Shown one piece after another: positions 55,560-64,000 of a stretch of 64,000 nt of DNA. The first letter of the stretch is position 1. The number at the start of each line of letters is the position of its first letter. The stretch spans positions 58 through 64,057 of the forward strand of contig WFNM01000021.1 of the NCBI GenBank assembly GCA_015488615.1, in the 5' to 3' direction. Under the pieces are notes generated by a model. That model was not told the DNA's origin and did not search any database. It saw only the letters and a program-made list of their open reading frames with translations. The translations under genes and the position numbers were made by a program. The DNA comes from Sulfurimonas sp. (GTDB lineage Bacteria > Campylobacterota > Campylobacteria > Campylobacterales > Sulfurimonadaceae).

Positions 55560-56812
55560 TGTACACACTCTCCGTCTCAGGACTTAACGAGCAGATAAAA
55601 AGTCTACTAGAAACTAGTTTCAACCAAGTTTTAGTCGAGGGAGAGCTCTCTCGTATCACCTTTCACAACTCAGGACATATCTACTTCACACTCAAAGATA
55701 GTTCATCTGTTATCAGTGCGGTAATGTTTCGTGGAAATGCTTCAAAGTTAAAGTTTCGTTTAGAAGAGGGAATGAAAGTTATTATAAACGCAGCTCTTAC
55801 TCTTTATAAACCTCGTGGCTCTTACCAGTTGAATTGTTTTAGTATTGAGCCATCAGGGCAGGGGGCATTAGCCTTAGCCTATGAACAACTTAAACAAAAG
55901 CTCTCGGGACAAGGCTACTTTAACACTGAGATAAAAAAACAACTTCCAAAATTTCCTGCTCGTATTGCTCTTATCACATCAGCAACTGGAGCAGCTTTGC
56001 AAGATATGCTTCGGGTGGCAAATAGTCGCTATAGAAATTTAGAGATAGATATTTATGATGTTTTAGTGCAAGGAGAGAGTGCTTCGTGTGCTATAGCAAA
56101 CGCAGTAATTATTGCTGATACAAAAGAGTATGATATCTTAGTAGTAGGACGTGGTGGTGGAAGTATAGAAGACTTGTGGGCTTTTAATGAAGAAAATGTA
56201 GCAAACGCCATCTTTCAGACTAAAACTCCAATTATATCAGCTGTTGGTCATGAGATAGACTGGGTGATAAGTGACTTTGTAGCCGATGTAAGAGCTGCTA
56301 CTCCGAGTGCTGCGATGGAAATTGCTCTACCCGATACAAATGAGCTCTATCAGTATATAGACTCACTCTCTTCACAAATGAGTCAAACAGTAGAGCAGAA
56401 GATTTATACAAGATCTCAAGAACTTACACATCTAAAAAACTCCTTTGCACAGCACTCTGTAGATAAAAAACTAGCACAGAGAGAAGAGGAGATAAAACAG
56501 CTTAAAGAAAACTTCTCTCAAACTATGGCGTTTAAGATGCAAGGCTATGAACGCAATATGTCTAACATTGCACAGCGTTTACCACAAGCAGTAGAATCTC
56601 AACTAAACCTTGCTCAAAATCAACTTTTAAATCTTCAAAAAACGCTAGAATCAAATAATCCAAAATTTAAAAGTAAAAAGGGTTTTGCACAGCTCTCACA
56701 AAATGCACAGGTGATAGATATTGATTCTCTAAGTGTTGGAGATGAATTTGAAGCGCAGAGTGCTAGTGTAGTGATTAAGGCAAAAGTCCTTACAAAGGAA
56801 AATATTTTATGA
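55559..56812 (+). CDS. xseA: Exodeoxyribonuclease VII large subunit
   Basis: SGHIYFTLKD, GAALQD, RGGGSIEDLWAFNEE, GHEID, TPSAA. Confidence 0.95.
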   Translation: MYTLSVSGLNEQIKSLLETSFNQVLVEGELSRITFHNSGHIYFTLKDSSSVISAVMFRGNASKLKFRLEEGMKVIINAALTLYKPRGSYQLNCFSIEPSGQGALALAYEQLKQKLSGQGYFNTEIKKQLPKFPARIALITSATGAALQDMLRVANSRYRNLEIDIYDVLVQGESASCAIANAVIIADTKEYDILVVGRGGGSIEDLWAFNEENVANAIFQTKTPIISAVGHEIDWVISDFVADVRAATPSAAMEIALPDTNELYQYIDSLSSQMSQTVEQKIYTRSQELTHLKNSFAQHSVDKKLAQREEEIKQLKENFSQTMAFKMQGYERNMSNIAQRLPQAVESQLNLAQNQLLNLQKTLESNNPKFKSKKGFAQLSQNAQVIDIDSLSVGDEFEAQSASVVIKAKVLTKENIL

Positions 56813-57408
56813 GTTATCCAGATTTTTTTGACACAATAGAAACTATAAAGGTAAAAGATCCTCTCTCTCAAGTTTTAGGTGTATTTGTAGCAGGTGAGTA
56901 TGAGTTCTCTTATTTAGATGTAGTAAAAGCTGCTGGACACTCTTGCCCTACAGTTGCGGGTGCTTATCTTATTGCTAGTGAAGCATTAAAAGCTCTTTAT
57001 TCAGAGGGTAGAGCTATTCGTGGTGGTATGAAAGTTGAGTTTAAAGAGTCACTAGAAGAGGGTGTAGCTGGTGTCATTGGGAATGTTATTTCTCAGATAA
57101 CTGGGGCTACTGATAAAAGTGGATTTAAAGGTCTACAAGGGCAATTTGCACGCCACTCTTTAATGAAATTTAATGCAGATATCTCTTCATCTGCAAGATT
57201 TACTCGTGTTGATAGTGGTAAAAGTGTTGATGTGTTTTATAATCCTGAGACAGTGAAACCAAACCCTAAAATGATGCCTCTTATGCAAAAAATGGGTTCA
57301 GGTAATGTGAGTGCTGGGGAGATTAAAGAGTTTGGTGAGTTATGGCAGGAGCGAGTAGAGAGAATATTTGAAAATAGAACCACTGTTATAGAGGTAAGTG
57401 AGGTATAA
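56809..57408 (+). CDS. FmdE-like hypothetical protein
   Basis: GHSCPTVAGAY (HxCP metal-binding motif), GFKGL.GQFAR. Confidence 0.6.
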   Translation: MSYPDFFDTIETIKVKDPLSQVLGVFVAGEYEFSYLDVVKAAGHSCPTVAGAYLIASEALKALYSEGRAIRGGMKVEFKESLEEGVAGVIGNVISQITGATDKSGFKGLQGQFARHSLMKFNADISSSARFTRVDSGKSVDVFYNPETVKPNPKMMPLMQKMGSGNVSAGEIKEFGELWQERVERIFENRTTVIEVSEV

Positions 57409-57428
57409 CCTCACCTCTTAAAATTCTA

Positions 57429-58298
57429 CTATTTAAGTATTATATTAGGAAAATAAGTATTTAGAGTTACGGCAGTTGAAGCCGAGATTTTTTTAAGAAA
57501 TTTATCGAACTTGTCTTCTCTATTCCATACTGGTTTTTTTACACCACTGAGTATTATAAGTCTCTGCTTAGCATCATAACCGACACCTATCGAGTCTACT
57601 AAGCCAACTTCTTTTGCTTGATGTGCAGTAAATATACGAGCATTTGCAAAAGAGTTCCGTTTTTTGATATCTAATCCTCTTGCATCTGCGACATCTTTGG
57701 TAAACATATTGTATGTTCCTTGAATTACTTTGTTGAGTTCTTTAAGCTCAAGTTTCGACCATGCTCTATCACTAGTACCTATCTGTTTATATTTTCCAGC
57801 TTTAACAACTTGCATTTTAATGCCTATCTTCTTCATAATGCCACTAAGGTCAGCTCCCTCCATGATTACACCAATACTTCCAATCATACTTCCCGGATTT
57901 GCTATGATTTCATTAGCCCAGATACTAGAATAGTAACTTCCACTAGCCATAGTACCTTTTGCATATGCGACTACTGGTTTATGTTTTCGCAAACGTTTTA
58001 TTGCATAGGCTATCTCAATAGAGGGTGCTACAGCTCCACCAGGGGAGTTAACACTTAAAAGTACTCCTTTAATATTATGATTGTTTGCAGCTGCATTTAT
58101 TTTGGTAACTATATCTGTAGAATCCATGATAGGACCAATAAGTTGGATTTCTACAAGGTTATTTGACTGTAAATCTTTTTCACTCTGGGGTGCGAAGAGT
58201 AAAAAGAGTATAAGGAGAAATAGCATTGCCTTAAAATGTTCTTGAATAAACCTTAAAGGAAGAGTAATGGGTAAAAAGAGTTTTTTGAGAAAGTCCAT
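57429..58298 (-). CDS. sppA: Signal peptide peptidase SppA (short form)
   Basis: NSPGGAV, ASGSYY, GSIGV, GKYK. Confidence 0.92.
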   Translation of the reverse strand: MDFLKKLFLPITLPLRFIQEHFKAMLFLLILFLLFAPQSEKDLQSNNLVEIQLIGPIMDSTDIVTKINAAANNHNIKGVLLSVNSPGGAVAPSIEIAYAIKRLRKHKPVVAYAKGTMASGSYYSSIWANEIIANPGSMIGSIGVIMEGADLSGIMKKIGIKMQVVKAGKYKQIGTSDRAWSKLELKELNKVIQGTYNMFTKDVADARGLDIKKRNSFANARIFTAHQAKEVGLVDSIGVGYDAKQRLIILSGVKKPVWNREDKFDKFLKKISASTAVTLNTYFPNIILK

Positions 58299-58301
58299 TT
58301 T

Positions 58302-59522
58302 TTAGTGTTCCTTTTCTAGCTTACCATGAATGTAAACTTTAGAGATATTATATCGGTGTAGGATTAGATGAACAGCTAATTCTTCACTAGGTGCATTATC
58401 TAGGTCTAGCACTATCATATCTGCATTTTTCCCTTCTGCTATCTCTCCTGCATTGATTCCAAGAGCTTCAGCGGCATGAATAGTAACACCATCTATGAGC
58501 TTTTTAGCAAAGCCAAGAAGTGGTGCAGATGGATGGCTAAAGAGAGAGATTTTCATTTCTTCAAAGAGGTCGAGTTTATAGTTAGAGCTTAGTCCATCTG
58601 TGGCAACTATCCAACGGATATTTTTATCGTTGAGTGCTTTTATATTGAGTGTAGGATTTCCTAGTAAACGGTTAGAAATAGGACAGTGAATGACTGTATG
58701 ATTTGCTTTTGCCATGGTATTTAACTCTGCATCATTTGCTTGTACTACATGAGTCATGAGTGTTGGAACTTCATAAAAGTTTGCCAAAAATTCATGAGAA
58801 TCACTTACATTTACTTCTTGTTTAAGTAACTCTTTGAAGAATTTTTTGAAGTCTCCATCGCTTTTGTCTAGCCAGTCACGTTCAGCCTGTGACTCCATAA
58901 AGTGTGCAGTGAGGGGCAGCTTCTCACTCTTTACAATTTCTACAGCCTTTCGAATAAGTACTGGATGTACAGCATAGGGAGAATGGATTGCTACAGCTGG
59001 AATAAATCCTTCGCGTTTAATGGACTTTGAAGCATCTAAACGCGAGACAAAGTCTGTAAAAAGTGTATCAGCCATAACGGCTTGAGAACCTATAAGCTCA
59101 TTAAAAAAGACTACATTTTGCTTAGCATTTGCACAGGCTTCAAGGTCCATAGCATGTGAGCTTATCGCTCCAAATGTTGTGATACCATTTTCCAGCATAG
59201 AGTCTATAGCCTTTGCCATACATTCTTGACCACAACCGTTTATAAGATCTTCACGGTTTTGTATAACACTATAGAGCCATGACATAAAGTCGCCATAACT
59301 GAGTGCTGTTTTATTTCCTGAGAATTCTATGTGAACATGTGCATTAATAAGTCCTGGCATAAGGAGTGAGTTCTCTCTTAGGGTCGTGACTTTGGCTTTA
59401 GGGTAAAGTGCTCTCAACTCTTCTATAGGCGCTATTTTTACGATGTTTCTTTCATAAGCGATAGAAAGGTTTATACTTATTCTATCTTTAAAATATATAA
59501 AATGTGGGGTGATGATTTCCAT
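58302..59522 (-). CDS. mqnF: Aminodeoxyfutalosine deaminase (amidohydrolase)
   Basis: PGLINAHVHIEF, HSPYAV, HFMES, HCPISNRLL, TDGLSSN; lies between sppA and aroQ. Confidence 0.8.
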   Translation of the reverse strand: MEIITPHFIYFKDRISINLSIAYERNIVKIAPIEELRALYPKAKVTTLRENSLLMPGLINAHVHIEFSGNKTALSYGDFMSWLYSVIQNREDLINGCGQECMAKAIDSMLENGITTFGAISSHAMDLEACANAKQNVVFFNELIGSQAVMADTLFTDFVSRLDASKSIKREGFIPAVAIHSPYAVHPVLIRKAVEIVKSEKLPLTAHFMESQAERDWLDKSDGDFKKFFKELLKQEVNVSDSHEFLANFYEVPTLMTHVVQANDAELNTMAKANHTVIHCPISNRLLGNPTLNIKALNDKNIRWIVATDGLSSNYKLDLFEEMKISLFSHPSAPLLGFAKKLIDGVTIHAAEALGINAGEIAEGKNADMIVLDLDNAPSEELAVHLILHRYNISKVYIHGKLEKEH

Positions 59523-59672
59523 TTTTTCTCTCTGTTTAGTTAAATATATAAAATTATACACTCTTTTATATTGTTAAATTAAGGTAGCACTAAATATCCA
59601 GAGAAATAGAGGTGCCCTTAATATTCTTTTGGATAAAATAACAGCTATTAGATTAAAATATAAGGCTTGTTA

Positions 59673-60158
59673 ATGAAAATAGTAGTAATCCAAGGTCCAA
59701 ATTTAAATATGTTAGGTGTTCGTGAACAAAATATTTACGGACCAATGAAGCTAGAGCAGATTCATGCACAGATGAAAGATGTATCAACACAAAATGGTGT
59801 TGAAATAGAATTTTTCCAGAGTAATTTAGAGGGTGAGATAGTAGATAAGATTCAAGAGTGTTATGGTGAAGCTCATGGTATTATCATAAATGCAGCTGCA
59901 TATACACACACTTCTATTGCTATTAGAGATGCTATATCTGCTGTCGCTATTCCGACTATTGAAGTTCATATTTCAAACATTCATAGACGTGAAGAGTTTA
60001 GAAAAGAAAACATGATAGCACCTGTATGTGCCTCTTCAGTTGTTGGATTTGGACCATTTGGCTACCATTTAGCAATGATGGGTATGCTTCAGATTTTAAA
60101 CGAAATGCAAGCGGCTCATGAAGCGCAACAAAAAGCTCAAGAAGCGGTCACAAAGTAA
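59673..60158 (+). CDS. aroQ: Type II 3-dehydroquinate dehydratase
   Basis: [35 protein letters not shown]. Confidence 0.95.
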   Translation: MKIVVIQGPNLNMLGVREQNIYGPMKLEQIHAQMKDVSTQNGVEIEFFQSNLEGEIVDKIQECYGEAHGIIINAAAYTHTSIAIRDAISAVAIPTIEVHISNIHRREEFRKENMIAPVCASSVVGFGPFGYHLAMMGMLQILNEMQAAHEAQQKAQEAVTK

Positions 60159-60161
60159 ATA

Positions 60162-60647
60162 ATGTTTAGGAAGTACTCAATTAGTGATACTTTAGAGATT
60201 TACAAATCTAAGCACTTTCCTATGCAAAAAAAAGCCAATTCCTCTCTTCGCCATAGTGCAACAGTTGGTTTAGGTGGTAATGTAGGAGATGTGAAACGCC
60301 GTTTTCATCATCTTCTTTTTGCTTTGTCACGTGATAAACGAGTTGAAATTATTGAAACATCGTTGATTTTAAAAAATCCTCCCTTTGGATATACAGAACA
60401 GGATGATTTTTTTAACTCAATCATGCAGATAAAAACATCCATGCAGGCAGAAGAATTTTTACAGTATCTTCTTCGCATGGAAAAAAAATATGGAAGACAA
60501 CGCAGTTTTGCAAATGCACCAAGGACATTAGATTTGGATCTACTCTTTTTTGATAATCTTAAAATCATTACAAAAACTTTAACACTCCCGCATCCTGAAT
60601 GGGATAAACGTGAGAGTGTACTTATTCCACTATCAGGATTAAAGTAA
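60162..60647 (+). CDS. folK: 2-amino-4-hydroxy-6-hydroxymethyldihydropteridine pyrophosphokinase
   Basis: GLGGNVG, QDDFFN, PRTLDLDLL, LPHP. Confidence 0.93.
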   Translation: MFRKYSISDTLEIYKSKHFPMQKKANSSLRHSATVGLGGNVGDVKRRFHHLLFALSRDKRVEIIETSLILKNPPFGYTEQDDFFNSIMQIKTSMQAEEFLQYLLRMEKKYGRQRSFANAPRTLDLDLLFFDNLKIITKTLTLPHPEWDKRESVLIPLSGLK

Positions 60648-61946
60648 ATGAAAATACTGACATTTACAGGACGAACACCCTCTGAAGCTCTTAAAAAGGC
60701 AAAAATTGAAGTTGGTGATGATGGGATGCTTATTGAAACAAAAGAGATTCGTAAAAAATCTTTAGGTAGTGAAGCTCTTTATGAGATAGTTATAGGTGTT
60801 GATGATGATGGGAGATTACCGTCATATAAAAAAGCAACAAGACCGCTCTCTTCACAGCAACCTGTAAAACAAGAGAGTAAAGATGTTCTTTTTGATCTCT
60901 CAAATGCAGCTGAACAGATAGCAAAGGTTTCTCATGTAACGACAGAAGATTCATTGGCTCAGTATATGACACCATCGAGAGAATCTCGTGTAGCTGTAGA
61001 GGCTGTATCTCCTCGTGAGCCAAAAGAGCTCAAAGAGATTAAGAGCGAAATCAATAAACTTACTGATAAAATAAAAATTATACAAAATATGTTTTGGGAT
61101 GAAAAATCTCCGCAAATTGAGTCTCAAATTCCTTCAGAATTTGCAGAGATTTATAGACTTGCTTCGCAGAGTGGAATGAATAGAGGGCATTTAGATGAGC
61201 TAATGAAAATTACTTTGGAACATATGCCTTTTAAGATGCGAGAGAATTCTGTCACAGTAAAACGCTATTTTCAAACAATATTGCGTAAAATGGTACCTAT
61301 AAAACGTGAACCAACTCTTAGTGTAGGTGCAAAAAAAGTTATTATGCTTGTTGGTTCAACTGGTGTGGGTAAGACAACAAGCATAGCAAAACTTGCAGCT
61401 CGTTACTCCTTTTTGATGCAAAAAAAGCACAAGGTGGGCTTAGTCGTTCTTGATACTTATAGAATAGGGGCAGTTGAACAACTCATGCAGTATGCTCGTA
61501 TGATGAAACTAGGAATAGAAACTGTTGTGGATCCTCCGGAGTTTACTAATGCACTTGATTCTCTACGTTACTGTGAATACATTCTTATAGATACTATGGG
61601 ATCATCTCCTTACGATAAGGGTAAAATTGAGAAGATATACGAGTGTTTAAGTGCAAATACTAGCTCATATGAAGTTGAAGTTGTTTTGGTGATGCCAAGT
61701 TCTATTAAGTATGAAGATTTAAAAATTACTTATGATAATTTTTCATCGTTAGGTATAGATAGTCTAATGTTTACGAAACTTGATGAGACTATAGGCTTCG
61801 GAAATATTTTTTCTCTAGGATATGAGACTAAAAAACCCATATCTTATTTTTCTGTAGGGCAGGAAGTTCCTGAGGACTTAGTCTGTGCTAGCAGTGATTT
61901 TTTAGTGGATTGTTTGCTTAATGGTTTTAATAGGAGTAAAGCATGA
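60648..61946 (+). CDS. flhF: Flagellar biosynthesis GTPase FlhF
   Basis: GSTGVGKTTSIAKLAA, DTYRIGAVEQL, TKLDET, GQEVPEDL. Confidence 0.95.
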   Translation: MKILTFTGRTPSEALKKAKIEVGDDGMLIETKEIRKKSLGSEALYEIVIGVDDDGRLPSYKKATRPLSSQQPVKQESKDVLFDLSNAAEQIAKVSHVTTEDSLAQYMTPSRESRVAVEAVSPREPKELKEIKSEINKLTDKIKIIQNMFWDEKSPQIESQIPSEFAEIYRLASQSGMNRGHLDELMKITLEHMPFKMRENSVTVKRYFQTILRKMVPIKREPTLSVGAKKVIMLVGSTGVGKTTSIAKLAARYSFLMQKKHKVGLVVLDTYRIGAVEQLMQYARMMKLGIETVVDPPEFTNALDSLRYCEYILIDTMGSSPYDKGKIEKIYECLSANTSSYEVEVVLVMPSSIKYEDLKITYDNFSSLGIDSLMFTKLDETIGFGNIFSLGYETKKPISYFSVGQEVPEDLVCASSDFLVDCLLNGFNRSKA

Positions 61947-62827
61947 TGGGTCATCAAGCTGAAAAATTAGAAGAATTAGTTGCTTCAAATGCTAAAGAGC
62001 TTAAGAAAAAGAGTAAAAAAACTCGCTTTATCGCTATAACAAGTGGTAAGGGTGGAGTAGGTAAGAGTACTATAAGCTCAAATCTTGCCTATGCTCTTTC
62101 TCAAAAAGGTCTTAATGTCGGTATCTTTGATGCGGATATAGGTCTTGCAAATCTTGATGTAATGTTCAATGTAAAGATTAAGAAAAATATCTTACATGTT
62201 TTAAAAGGTGAGGCAACTGTTAGTGATATTCTAATCCCTATTACTAGGAATCTTATTCTTATCCCTGGTGAGAGTGGTGATGAAATACTTAAGTACTCTG
62301 ATATGGCACTTTTTGAGCGTTTTATGCAAGAAGCACGGGTCTTAGATAAACTCGATGTTATGATAATTGACACTGGTGCAGGAATAGGAGAACATATTCA
62401 AATGTTTTTAAATGCTGCTGATGATGTAATAGTTGTGACTGTTCCTGATCCTGCAGCTATAACAGATGCCTATGCAACTATCAAAACTATTGCTACACTT
62501 CGTGATGATGTAAGCATGATTATGAATCAAGTTAAAAACGAAAAAGAGGCTGTTGGAGTTTTTGAGAAGATAAAAAAAGTTGCAAATGCAAATATAGGTG
62601 GTAATTTAAATTTAGAACTTATAGGTAAAATAAATGCTGATATCAAAGTTTCTTCTTCAGTAAAACAGAGAGCACTTTTTACAGCACAGTATCCAATGTC
62701 TGTTCCTGCAAGAGATATAGATGCCTTAGTACAAAAAATATCTAAGAAATTGGAACGAAATGTGCTGGTTAGTTCAAATGAAAGCGGTCTCTCTGGGTTA
62801 TTTAAGAGACTTATTAAACACTTTTAG
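61943..62827 (+). CDS. flhG: MinD-like ATPase FlhG
   Basis: QAEKL, TSGKGGVGKS, DADIGLAN, DTGAG, PAAITDAY. Confidence 0.93.
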   Translation: MMGHQAEKLEELVASNAKELKKKSKKTRFIAITSGKGGVGKSTISSNLAYALSQKGLNVGIFDADIGLANLDVMFNVKIKKNILHVLKGEATVSDILIPITRNLILIPGESGDEILKYSDMALFERFMQEARVLDKLDVMIIDTGAGIGEHIQMFLNAADDVIVVTVPDPAAITDAYATIKTIATLRDDVSMIMNQVKNEKEAVGVFEKIKKVANANIGGNLNLELIGKINADIKVSSSVKQRALFTAQYPMSVPARDIDALVQKISKKLERNVLVSSNESGLSGLFKRLIKHF

Positions 62828-62845
62828 TGAGTTTGGGGAATAATA

Positions 62846-63181
62846 ATGCTAGGTGAAAATTTTGTTTACTTCTTTACTGTACAAGGTTTTTTCGTAGGAA
62901 TTATCTTTGGTATACTAAAATCTTTTGATGCAAATGGACTCTTTGTATATACTTTCTTAATCACAATATTTTTCTATCTTTTTTCGCATATAATTATTGC
63001 CTTTTATTATAGAACTCTAACAGCGAAATCATATGCTTTTCCTAGAGATATGCATGAAAAAGAGCTTGATACTATAGTTAAAGAGATAAATAAACGTGAA
63101 AAATTAATTGACTCTGCAGTGAAAATTACAGATTTAGCCATTAAAATGAATCAAGATGAATATCAAGGACAAAAAGCATGA
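62846..63181 (+). CDS. Small two-TM protein of the flhG-fliA region
   Basis: Two TMs followed by a helical tail; located in the flagellar operon. Confidence 0.75.
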   Translation: MLGENFVYFFTVQGFFVGIIFGILKSFDANGLFVYTFLITIFFYLFSHIIIAFYYRTLTAKSYAFPRDMHEKELDTIVKEINKREKLIDSAVKITDLAIKMNQDEYQGQKA

Positions 63182-63864
63182 TTTTCAATGGCTATATCCA
63201 AGATCTTAAACATCAAGAAGATGAACTTGCTATCCAGTATTTACCAGCTGTTAAAGCGATGGCATTTCGTCTTAAAGAGAGACTTCCGAGTAGTGTAGAT
63301 TTTGCAGATTTGTCAGCTATTGGGACTGAAGAGCTTATTAAACTAGCTCGTCGTTATGATGAGAGTAAAAATGACTCTTTTTGGGGTTATGCGAAAACTC
63401 GCGTTTATGGTGCTATGCTTGATTATCTAAGAAGTCTTGATATCTTGAGTCGTGCGAGTCGTAAGCTCGTAAAATCTATAAATTATATAGTTGAAGAGCA
63501 TATGCTTACACATAATGAAGAACCATCAGATAAAGAATTAGCAGAAAAGTTAAATGAGAGTATAGAAAAAGTGCATGATGCAAGAATAGCTTCAAATATT
63601 TATACAGTTATGCCTCTACATGATCAACTACATGTTGGTGATGAAGGTGCAGCACTTGTAGCTGTAGAAAAAGATGAGCTAGTAGAAGTGATTAAAAAAG
63701 TGCTCTCTAGCTATAAAGAACGAGAACAGATGATAATTCAGCTCTATTATTTTGAAGAGTTGACACTTAAAGAGATAAGTGCAGTCTTGGAGATCACAGA
63801 ATCGAGAATTTCTCAGATTCATAAAAGTGTTATACATAAAATCAAAGAGAGTGTAGGAGCTTAA
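63178..63864 (+). CDS. fliA: Flagellar sigma factor 28
   Basis: RLKERLPSSV, GAMLDYLRSLD, LYYFEELTLKEI...ESRISQIH. Confidence 0.95.
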   Translation: MIFNGYIQDLKHQEDELAIQYLPAVKAMAFRLKERLPSSVDFADLSAIGTEELIKLARRYDESKNDSFWGYAKTRVYGAMLDYLRSLDILSRASRKLVKSINYIVEEHMLTHNEEPSDKELAEKLNESIEKVHDARIASNIYTVMPLHDQLHVGDEGAALVAVEKDELVEVIKKVLSSYKEREQMIIQLYYFEELTLKEISAVLEITESRISQIHKSVIHKIKESVGA

Positions 63865-63865
63865 T

Positions 63866-64000
63866 ATGGCAGATATACTTTCCCAAGAAGAGATTGATGC
63901 ACTACTCGATGTTGTAGAAGATGAGGGTGATGAAGTCCTAGAGACTGGGGAAGAAGCACTTCTTCCTCAACGCCAAGTCACCCTTTATGACTTCAAACGC
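63866..64000 (+). CDS. fliM: Flagellar motor switch protein FliM, partial
   Basis: Translated by hand: MADILSQEEIDALLDVVEDEGDE...VTLYDFKR, running off the window end. Confidence 0.92.
   Translation, partial: MADILSQEEIDALLDVVEDEGDEVLETGEEALLPQRQVTLYDFKR

Noticed and set aside
1-64000. CRISPR array, rRNA, tRNA, IS elements, prophage
   Set aside because: Intergenic gaps are short and showed no repeat-spacer pattern, cloverleaf or transposase/phage ORFs on manual reading. A covariance-model scan was not run, so small RNAs could be missed.

Overview
AT-rich bacterial chromosome segment from a Campylobacterota organism, most likely Sulfurimonas-like. This is inferred from hsrA, mqnF, the lpxC-tsaB-thrB-ylxR-infB-rbfA-rimP-ribD and folK-flhF-flhG-fliA-fliM gene orders, and the nirS type. 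Bases 1-14.9 kb are a denitrification island: heme d1 biosynthesis genes (nirDL, nirE, nirF, nirJ, nirC), nirS and a cytochrome c-dependent NO reductase (norCB plus small membrane partners). Divergently transcribed from these is a second, atypical heme-copper-oxidase-superfamily enzyme (gNOR-like). Its helix-VI HPEVY motif reads DLVAD and its subunit II has lost the CuA ligands. Four FNR/DNR-type boxes, each exactly 22 nt from a -10 hexamer, point into the island's four transcription units. Bases 15-33 kb are accessory: a fused DmsB-DmsC-like protein whose loop charges predict a cytoplasm-facing Fe-S domain, a signal-less NasA/NarB-like nitrate reductase, a permease-like sensor fused to PAS-GGDEF-EAL, an ABC-F protein, pldA and a Bat/vWA cluster without MoxR. 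Bases 33-64 kb are mostly housekeeping and flagellar genes, with one small TA-containing insertion. I saw no rRNA, tRNA, CRISPR array or transposase. All calls come from reading motifs by eye; no database searches were run.
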